From a candidate division FCPU426 bacterium (GTDB lineage Bacteria > Oederibacteriota > Muellerivitia > Muellerivitales > Muellerivitaceae): a stretch of 64,000 nt of DNA. The stretch is taken from assembly GCA_963738405.1 (NCBI GenBank), contig CAVTWJ010000022.1:128001-192000 (forward strand). The letters are read 5' to 3'. The notes beneath the pieces were generated by a model. The model was not told the origin of the DNA. It ran no database searches and saw only the letters and a program-made list of their open reading frames with translations. The position numbers and the translations under genes are program-made. Shown one piece after another: positions 57,830-64,000 of this stretch (within the stretch, counting starts at the first letter, position 1; every line of letters begins with the position of its first letter).

Positions 57830-58894
57830 CTAAATAGTGAGTTCCGTTAAAGACCGGTGCTGTATTTCCCCTTTTTGAATCCCTTCCCTGAGTTCCATGA
57901 ACAAATGATCCAATATCATACGGGCCTGGAGATTGGTCGTGATCATTTCCTGATGCCGGGAAAGGCTTTGAAGCACCTCCGCGGGGACCAATTTCCCCCA
58001 TGCTTTGGGAAGGGGTGATTCGCCCCCAATGCGGCGGCGCCAAAGATTAGTCCATACCTCGAAGGCCAGAGTCAGCACCTGGGCCTTGCGCTGGGTGGCG
58101 GTGCGTTCCAAATCGCCCAGGATATCCGGTTCCCATTGATCGTATTCGCTGGAGAAGACTAGCCAGCCTTCCTCCGGCCCGGTGAGGACCTGGTCCAAAT
58201 CAGCTTCGGCCTTATCCCTGAATTCACGCCAGGGAGGATCCGCTTCCCTGAGGGCTAGGGTGATGGACCCTTGAGCGTTTTGCGCCGCTTCCTCGGCTTC
58301 CTTGGCTTTCCAGCCGTGGCCTTCCACCAGAATTTTTTGAAGAACGGGTTTTGGCAGGGCCCCAAACCGCACCGGACGGCACCGGGAAAGAACGGTGGGA
58401 AGCAATCCGCCTTTTTTTTCCTCGATCAAGATGATCAGGGTATCGCCGGAGGGTTCTTCCAACGTTTTCAAAAGGACGTTTTGCGCCTCGTCATTCATAT
58501 CCCCCGCCGCGGGGATGACCGCGATCTTCAGCGGCGCGGAAAAGGGCGCCTGGGAAAGCTTTTGCGCCAGCAATTTGGCCGTGTTAACGATGATTCCCTG
58601 CTTTTTACGGTCTTCCCCCTCGTCCGACCAGAAAAACTCCCGGTCGACCCAGTAAAGATCGGGGTGGGATTTGGAAAGTACCTGCCGGCAATCCGGACAG
58701 CCTGAGCAATTCTCCCCTTGCCGGCAAAAGAGCATCCGGGCCAAGGCCAAAGCATGGGTCTTTTTGCCGACGCCCTTGGGGCCAGTCCAGAGAAAGCTTT
58801 GAACCCCGCCCCGGGTTTTCAAGGCTAGAAGGAGTTTTTTGGCTTCCAGTTGGGAATTAAGTTTTTCAAGCCGGGGAACGATGAAGTCAGCCAT
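57830..58894 (-). CDS. holB: DNA polymerase III delta-prime subunit
   Basis: GPKGVGK, Zn-cluster Cys, HPD, AQNVLLKTLEEP, PTVLSRC; lies between tmk and metG. Confidence 0.88.
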   Translation of the reverse strand: MADFIVPRLEKLNSQLEAKKLLLALKTRGGVQSFLWTGPKGVGKKTHALALARMLFCRQGENCSGCPDCRQVLSKSHPDLYWVDREFFWSDEGEDRKKQGIIVNTAKLLAQKLSQAPFSAPLKIAVIPAAGDMNDEAQNVLLKTLEEPSGDTLIILIEEKKGGLLPTVLSRCRPVRFGALPKPVLQKILVEGHGWKAKEAEEAAQNAQGSITLALREADPPWREFRDKAEADLDQVLTGPEEGWLVFSSEYDQWEPDILGDLERTATQRKAQVLTLAFEVWTNLWRRRIGGESPLPKAWGKLVPAEVLQSLSRHQEMITTNLQARMILDHLFMELREGIQKGEIQHRSLTELTI

Positions 58895-59555
58895 GGAGTC
58901 CCTTCTTTATTTTTCCGCTCCAGGGTTGGGGCAAGCGCTTTGCGAGACCCCGTACCAAATCGCTGAAAACCTCTTCCTGGCTTTTTTGCGAATCCAAAAT
59001 CAAAAACCGCTTGGGTTCTTGTTGGGCGATTCGCAGGAAGGTTTTGCGGACCTTTTCGTGAAAGGAAAGGGGTTCCTTTTCCATACGATCCTTTCGGCCC
59101 TTCGAGGCCTCGGCCCTTTTCAAGCCCAGGGCGACGGGCACGTCAAAAAGCACGGTCAGGCGTGGCTTTAAATTGCCAACTGCCGTTTGGTTCATTTGTT
59201 TCAAGAGAGCCATCGAAAAACCCCTTCCGCCGCCCTGGTAGGCCAGGGTGGAATCCACATAGCGGTCGCTAATGACCAGTTTGCCTTGTTTCAAATGGGG
59301 TCGGAGAACTTCCAGCACATGCTGGGTCCGGTCGGCGAGAAAGAGGAAAAGTTCCGCTTCGGGGCTTAATTCGTAGTCCGATTGTTCCAAGAGCCAGTGG
59401 CGCAGGTAAGTGTTAAGTTTGGAACCGCCCGGCTCCCGCGTGGTGGTGAAGGGAACACGGTTTTGCTTGAGAAATTCGGCCAAAAGCCTCAGTTGGGTGG
59501 TTTTACCCGACCCCTCCGGCCCCTCGAAGGTGATGAACAATCCCCCGCTTTTCAT
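58887..59555 (-). CDS. tmk: Thymidylate kinase
   Basis: FITFEGPEGSGKTT, REPGG, DRYVDSTLAYQG. Confidence 0.96.
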   Translation of the reverse strand: MKSGGLFITFEGPEGSGKTTQLRLLAEFLKQNRVPFTTTREPGGSKLNTYLRHWLLEQSDYELSPEAELFLFLADRTQHVLEVLRPHLKQGKLVISDRYVDSTLAYQGGGRGFSMALLKQMNQTAVGNLKPRLTVLFDVPVALGLKRAEASKGRKDRMEKEPLSFHEKVRKTFLRIAQQEPKRFLILDSQKSQEEVFSDLVRGLAKRLPQPWSGKIKKGLHG

Positions 59556-59610
59556 GCCTTGCGCTCCACGAATGGTTTCCAGGGCTGGCAATATAACATA
59601 ACCGCCCCCC

Positions 59611-59649
59611 AAACAAAAAAGCCCCGCACCCTTGCGGGATGCGGGGCTT
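59611..59649 (-). terminator. Intrinsic terminator after rplL
   Basis: GC-rich stem GCCCCGCA...TGCGGGGC followed by TTTTTTGTTT on minus strand. Confidence 0.85.
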
Positions 59650-59663
59650 CAAAGGCGAAACGA

Positions 59664-60038
59664 CTACTTCACTTCCAGCTCGGCTCCGCTCTCCTTGAAC
59701 TTGGCGACGATGCCGTCGGCCTCGGCCTTGGAGACGCCGCTCTTGACCGGCTTAGGGGCTCCATCGACCAGATCCTTGGCTTCCTTCAAGCCAAGACCGG
59801 TGACTTCGCGGACAACCTTGATGACGCCGATCTTGTTGGCGCCAGCGGCCTTCAGGATCACGTCGAAGGCGGTCTTTTCTTCGGCAGCGGCGGCGGCAGG
59901 CCCGGCTGTGGCAGCAGCGGCGGGGGCGGCGGCCGAGACGCCGAACTTGGTCTCGAGAGCCTTCACCAGCTCGCTCAATTCCAGCACGCTCATCTGTTCG
60001 ATGGCAGCGATAAACTCGTCTTTCGTCATAGTAGGCAT
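59664..60038 (-). CDS. rplL: 50S ribosomal protein L7/L12
   Basis: [29 protein letters not shown]. Confidence 0.98.
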   Translation of the reverse strand: MPTMTKDEFIAAIEQMSVLELSELVKALETKFGVSAAAPAAAATAGPAAAAAEEKTAFDVILKAAGANKIGVIKVVREVTGLGLKEAKDLVDGAPKPVKSGVSKAEADGIVAKFKESGAELEVK

Positions 60039-60101
60039 TTGAATCTTCCTCCAATTTGGTTTGCTTGTATCCCCTTGTGGGGGAGATGTGAGTATTGAAG
60101 C

Positions 60102-60659
60102 TTAGGCGGTTTTGGCCTTGGCTTCCTTGACAGCGTTGAGTGCGTACACCATCTTGCGTATCGGGCCTGCCAGCACCTGAACGATGCCCGAGATGGGCGC
60201 CTTCATGCTGCCCAGGGCCTTCGCCAGTAGAACTTCGCGGCTCGGCAGATTCGCCAAGGCCTTGATGTCCTGAACGGTGATCTTGCGGCCATCCATCCAG
60301 CCGCCTCGAAGCACCAGCTTCGCGTGATCCTTCCCGAACTTGCTCAAAACCCTCGCCGGAGCCACCGCGTCATCCATCGCCAAAGCGATGGCCGTGGGGC
60401 CCACCAAAAGATCGTCCAAAACCGTGATGTTGGCCTGGTTCAAGGCCAGCCTCGCCAGGTTGTTCTTGACGACGTGATATTCCACCTTGGCGTGAAAAAG
60501 CTGGGCCCTCAACTGCGTGACCTCTTCCACCGTCAATCCGGAGTAACCCGTGACGACGGCCGATTTGGAGGACTTCACCTTCTCCAGGAACTCTTGGACC
60601 ACCTTGATCTTTTCGGGTCTGGGTTCGCGTTTCGTTGTTTCTTTCAAATATTTCACCAC
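60102..60659 (-). CDS. rplJ: 50S ribosomal protein L10
   Basis: GLTV, VVKNNL, GPTAIA, LANLPSREVL. Confidence 0.96.
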   Translation of the reverse strand: MVKYLKETTKREPRPEKIKVVQEFLEKVKSSKSAVVTGYSGLTVEEVTQLRAQLFHAKVEYHVVKNNLARLALNQANITVLDDLLVGPTAIALAMDDAVAPARVLSKFGKDHAKLVLRGGWMDGRKITVQDIKALANLPSREVLLAKALGSMKAPISGIVQVLAGPIRKMVYALNAVKEAKAKTA

Positions 60660-60694
60660 CCTTCGTTCTTAAAAATGTTGACCGGGACAGGGGG

Positions 60695-60838
60695 AAAAAG
60701 AAAACCCCTCGTCCGAAACGACCGGACGAGGGGTAAGGGGAAAACCTTAATCCTCGAAAATCCGGACCGTCTCGGCAGGCAACCATTAAGCCCCGAACCC
60801 AAAACTTACTTGCGATTCAAGGCGCCTGCTGTCTTCGA
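60695..60838 (-). promoter_or_regulatory. Ribosomal protein L10 leader with attenuator terminator
   Basis: CGAAGACAGCAGG...TTAAT...CCTGCCGAG core, then hairpin ACCCCTCGTCCG/CGGACGAGGGGT with U-tract, upstream of rplJ. Confidence 0.85.
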
Positions 60839-60952
60839 TGGCCGGCAAAGGAAGCAAAAAAACAGCTTCACTTCACCGCCCCAGGATTCTCGCGAAAGCC
60901 GGGGCTAACAACTTGTCCTTCTTCTGCCCCCCGAAAGGGGGAACATAAAAAA

Positions 60953-61669
60953 TCAGTTCTGGTTCTTCGAAGCCGCCTTCATGAATTCAGAAGGATCGAC
61001 CTTGATGCCGGGGCCCATGCTGGAGCTTAAATAAGCCGAAACCAGATAGGTACCCTTGGCCGCAGCGGGCTTGACCGCTACCAGCGTACGGAACAACGTT
61101 TCCGCGTTTTCCTTGATTTGAGCTTCTTCGAATTTGATCTTTCCGATTCCGGTGTGGCAGATGCCCTGATCGTCCACGCGGTATTCGATCTTACCGGCCT
61201 TGATTTCCTTGACCGCCCGGCCCACATCCGCAGTCACGGTGCCTGCCTTGGGGTTGGGCATGAGGCCCTTGGGGCCCAGAACCTTACCCAGTTTACCGGC
61301 TTCACGCATGATATCCGGGGTAGCCACCAGGACGTCGAAATCCAGAAAGCCCCCGGCGATTTTTTCAACCAATTCAGTGTCCCCGGCAAAATCGGCGCCG
61401 GCCGCTTCCGCTTCCTTCACCTTTTCGCCCTTGGCCAGAACGCAGACCCGGAGGGTCTTGCCCGTACCGTGGGGCAGGCTGACGGTTCCCCGCACCTGCT
61501 GGTCGGCCTTTTTAGGGTCCACACCCAGCATGATATGAAGTTCGACGGTTTCGTTAAATTTGGCTGGGGCTGTTTTTTTCAGAAGGGCGACCGCCTCACC
61601 CAATGGGTAGGCTTTGGTCTTATCGATCATCTCGTCGTTTTTACGGACCCGCTTGCTGGCTTTCTTCAT
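60953..61669 (-). CDS. rplA: 50S ribosomal protein L1
   Basis: [41 protein letters not shown] before ATG 61669. Confidence 0.97.
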   Translation of the reverse strand: MKKASKRVRKNDEMIDKTKAYPLGEAVALLKKTAPAKFNETVELHIMLGVDPKKADQQVRGTVSLPHGTGKTLRVCVLAKGEKVKEAEAAGADFAGDTELVEKIAGGFLDFDVLVATPDIMREAGKLGKVLGPKGLMPNPKAGTVTADVGRAVKEIKAGKIEYRVDDQGICHTGIGKIKFEEAQIKENAETLFRTLVAVKPAAAKGTYLVSAYLSSSMGPGIKVDPSEFMKAASKNQN

Positions 61670-61680
61670 CTTTACCTCCC

Positions 61681-61719
61681 GTGGTGCAAACGCGCCGTCC
61701 AAAGGACGAGGCTCCCACA
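61681..61719 (-). promoter_or_regulatory. Candidate L1-binding autoregulatory site before rplA
   Basis: GTGGGAG-hairpin(CGTCC TTT GGACG)-GC...ACCAC abutting the SD, matching the L1 operator pattern. Confidence 0.65.
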
Positions 61720-61753
61720 GTTAATTTATTTTGAGCCCCGAAGGGCTCCCATC

Positions 61754-62179
61754 TTACTTCGTGATTTCAATCCCCATGCTGCGGGCGGTTCCTTCCACCA
61801 TGCGCATGGCGGAGTCTAATTTTTGGGCGTTCAAATCCGGCATCTTGGTCTTGGCAATTTCCTCGACCTGCTTGAGGGTAACCTTGGCCACCTTTTGCTT
61901 GTTAGGCACCGGGGAACCCTTGGCAAGACCCGCCGCCTTCAAGAGGAGAACCGAGGCCGGGGGCGTCTTGGTGATAAACGTAAAGGAACGGTCTTTATAG
62001 ATGGAGATGACGACCGGAATGATCAACCCGTCTTGCTTCTGGGTCGCCGCGTTGAACTGCTTGCAGAATTCCATGATATTCACGCCGTGCTGGCCCAAAG
62101 CGGGCCCGACCGGGGGAGCGGGATTCGCTTTGCCCGCAGGGATCTGCAACTTCACCATCGCCGTCATTTCTTTCGCCAT
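61754..62179 (-). CDS. rplK: 50S ribosomal protein L11
   Basis: [23 protein letters not shown]. Confidence 0.98.
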   Translation of the reverse strand: MAKEMTAMVKLQIPAGKANPAPPVGPALGQHGVNIMEFCKQFNAATQKQDGLIIPVVISIYKDRSFTFITKTPPASVLLLKAAGLAKGSPVPNKQKVAKVTLKQVEEIAKTKMPDLNAQKLDSAMRMVEGTARSMGIEITK

Positions 62180-62234
62180 GCCTTTTTCCTTCTACTTTCT
62201 TACCCAGGGTTTCCCGCCGGGATATTCATCTGTT

Positions 62235-62765
62235 CTATTCCTTCTCGATTTGGTGGTATTCCAGCTCCACCGGGGTTTGGCGGCCAAAAATGGTCACCAT
62301 GACCTTCACGCGTTCCCGCTCAGGGTTAATATCCTCGACCGAACCCGAGAAGTTGGAGAAGGGGCCGTCCATGACCTTCACCAGGTCGCCCTTTTCAAAC
62401 TGGCTCTTCAGGGCCCGGCGCTCGCGGCGCTTGCCGATATGTTCCAGAATGGCCGTAACTTCCTCGTCCGGCAGGGGAATGGGCGTGTTGCCCGACCCCA
62501 CGAAGCTGGTGACTTTGGGCGTATTGCGCACTACCGACCAGGAATTCTCGTCCATATCCATTTCCACCAGGATATATCCTGGGAAAAACTTCTTGTTGGT
62601 CACCCGTTTCTTCCCATTGCGGGTCTCGGTGACCTCTTCCGAGGGAATCAAGATCTGGAAGATTTTGTCTTCCATATTCATACTTTTAATTCTGTTTTCG
62701 AGGTTGGTTTTTACCTTGGCCTCGTAACCCGAATAGGTGTTGATGACGTACCAGCGCTTGGACAT
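62235..62765 (-). CDS. nusG: Transcription antitermination factor NusG
   Basis: [35 protein letters not shown]. Confidence 0.98.
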   Translation of the reverse strand: MSKRWYVINTYSGYEAKVKTNLENRIKSMNMEDKIFQILIPSEEVTETRNGKKRVTNKKFFPGYILVEMDMDENSWSVVRNTPKVTSFVGSGNTPIPLPDEEVTAILEHIGKRRERRALKSQFEKGDLVKVMDGPFSNFSGSVEDINPERERVKVMVTIFGRQTPVELEYHQIEKE

Positions 62766-62788
62766 GCGGCTTAAATCCTCTCTTTATC

Positions 62789-62974
62789 TTACTTAATGAT
62801 GAGCTTCATCAGGCTGCTGATGATGAGGTCATAAACGGCCAATAGCACCATAATAAAGAAAATGGTGACACAAACCACGGTCGTTGATCCCTTGATATCC
62901 TCCACGGTGGGCCAAGAAATCTTTTTAAATTCCGATTTGGCCTCGGAGAAGAACTGTTTCAATTGTTCAATCAT
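62789..62974 (-). CDS. secE: Preprotein translocase subunit SecE
   Basis: EFKKISWP plus one TM; between tRNA-Trp and nusG. Confidence 0.93.
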   Translation of the reverse strand: MIEQLKQFFSEAKSEFKKISWPTVEDIKGSTTVVCVTIFFIMVLLAVYDLIISSLMKLIIK

Positions 62975-63003
62975 TCAAACCCCAAACCCTTCGGTCATCC
63001 GTA

Positions 63004-63079
63004 TGGCAGGGCAGGCAGGATTCGAACCTGCAACGCGCGGTTTTGGAGACCGCCGCTCTACCATTAGAGCTACTGCCCT
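63004..63079 (-). tRNA. tRNA-Trp (CCA)
   Basis: AGGGCAG acceptor stem, anticodon arm GCGGT-CTCCAAA-ACCGC, GGTTCGAATCC T-arm, encoded CCA end; 76 nt. Confidence 0.97.
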
Positions 63080-63124
63080 TCGAGTGGAACCCTGCCCCAT
63101 CAGGGGCGGGCCCCGGGATTACCC

Positions 63125-63274
63125 CTACTTGGTTTCCTTGTGCAATGTGTGCTTGCGGCACCACCGGCAATACTTCTTGATTTCAATCTTGTTTGGCTTT
63201 TTCCGCTTGTCGCGCGTCTTATCGTAGTTGCGGCGTTTGCATTCCGAGCAAGCCAAGGTAATTTGTTCACGCAT
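63125..63274 (-). CDS. rpmG: 50S ribosomal protein L33, Zn-binding form (not in ORF track)
   Basis: [17 protein letters not shown]...[17 protein letters not shown], 49 aa. Confidence 0.96.
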   Translation of the reverse strand: MREQITLACSECKRRNYDKTRDKRKKPNKIEIKKYCRWCRKHTLHKETK

Positions 63275-63300
63275 GAGGCATTCTTCCTTCGGTTACTGTT

Positions 63301-64000
63301 CTATTCTATGATTTCGGTTACAACTCCGGCGCCCACGGTGTGTCCGCCTTCCCGGATGGCAAACCGTAGTTCTTTCTCCATCGCCACCGGTACGATCAAC
63401 TCAATCTCCATCGTGATATTGTCGCCTGGCATGCACATTTCCGTCCCGCCCGGCAACTGCACACTCCCCGTCACGTCCGTCGTACGGAAGAAGAATTGCG
63501 GCTTGTACCCGTTGAAAAATGGCGTGTGCCGGCCACCCTCTTCCTTCGTCAAAACGTACACTTCGCCCTTGAACTTCTTGTGCGGATTAATCGACTTCGG
63601 CTTCGCCAGCACCTGGCCCCGCTCGATGTCTTTCTTGTCCACGCCACGGAGCAGGGCTCCGATGTTGTCTCCTGCCTGCGCGTCATCCAGCAGTTTCCGG
63701 AACATTTCCACGCCCGTCACCACTGACTCACGCGTCGGCTTAATTCCCACGATTTCAACCGCGTCCCCGACCTTCACCTTTCCGCGTTCCACGCGGCCTG
63801 TCGCCACGGTTCCGCGGCCAGTGATCAAGAACACGTCCTCTACCGCCATCAAAAAGTCCTTGTCCACATCACGCTTCGGCTCCGGTACATAGCTGTCCAC
63901 CGCATCCATCAACTGAAAGATGGCCTTTTCACCCATATCGCTCGTATCGCCATCCAAGGCTTTCGTCGCCGATCCCTTGATCACAGGCGTCTTGTCCCCG
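63301..64000 (-). CDS. tuf: Elongation factor Tu (5' part outside window)
   Basis: [37 protein letters not shown]. Confidence 0.98.
   Translation of the reverse strand, partial: GDKTPVIKGSATKALDGDTSDMGEKAIFQLMDAVDSYVPEPKRDVDKDFLMAVEDVFLITGRGTVATGRVERGKVKVGDAVEIVGIKPTRESVVTGVEMFRKLLDDAQAGDNIGALLRGVDKKDIERGQVLAKPKSINPHKKFKGEVYVLTKEEGGRHTPFFNGYKPQFFFRTTDVTGSVQLPGGTEMCMPGDNITMEIELIVPVAMEKELRFAIREGGHTVGAGVVTEIIE

Noticed and set aside
9104..61702. Extended N-termini in the ORF track (10672, 24316, 36589, 50007, 53640, 56318, 59612, 61702)
   Set aside because: They overlap neighbouring genes or promoters; downstream starts have SDs or stop-start coupling and match family N-termini
62862..63227. 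ORFs 62862..63227 (+) and 62967..63170 (-)
   Set aside because: They overlap tRNA-Trp, secE and rpmG, which explain the region
3738..63892. Long antisense ORFs (3738..4652, 46614..47450, 50852..51703, 52625..53659, 56669..57850, 61118..61819, 62001..62774, 63140..63892 and others)
   Set aside because: They lie opposite well-conserved genes and have no recognisable motifs; expected shadows of codon bias
1..64000. Mobile elements, prophage, defence or toxin-antitoxin genes
   Set aside because: No transposase, integrase, phage, restriction or toxin motifs recognised in any ORF

Overview
Bacterial chromosomal window, probably from an LPS-producing diderm (two GT9 heptosyltransferases and a WaaL-type ligase). 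The T/P-linker plus FlgD-Ig secreted protein and a GH5 cellulase are reminiscent of candidate lineage FCPU426, but that is inference only. About 0.6-43.5 kb is a large surface-glycan locus: nucleotide-sugar enzymes, a WcaJ-type initiating transferase, many GT2/GT4/GT9 enzymes, two Wzx flippases, two Wzy/WaaL-like proteins, two polyprenyl-phosphate-sugar synthases and seven GT-C-like polytopic membrane proteins. It is followed, in window order, by folC-accD-trpA-trpB-TPR-trpF-trpC-trpD (minus strand, no trpEG), a three-gene accessory block (GH5 with a TonB-C/AgmX-like tail, T/P-linker FlgD protein, purple-acid-phosphatase-like enzyme), tatD-metG-holB-tmk, and the rplL-rplJ-rplA-rplK-nusG-secE-tRNA-Trp-rpmG-tuf cluster, which has L10 and L1 leaders and lacks rpoB after rplL. 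Most notable: (1) a 122-bp tandem repeat forming a chain of translationally coupled 41-aa uORFs that copy the N-terminus of the downstream epimerase; (2) the seven-GT-C lipid-linked glycosylation array; (3) the GH5-TonB-C-like fusion. No transposase, integrase or CRISPR array was seen. All family calls come from motif recognition by eye, not database searches.
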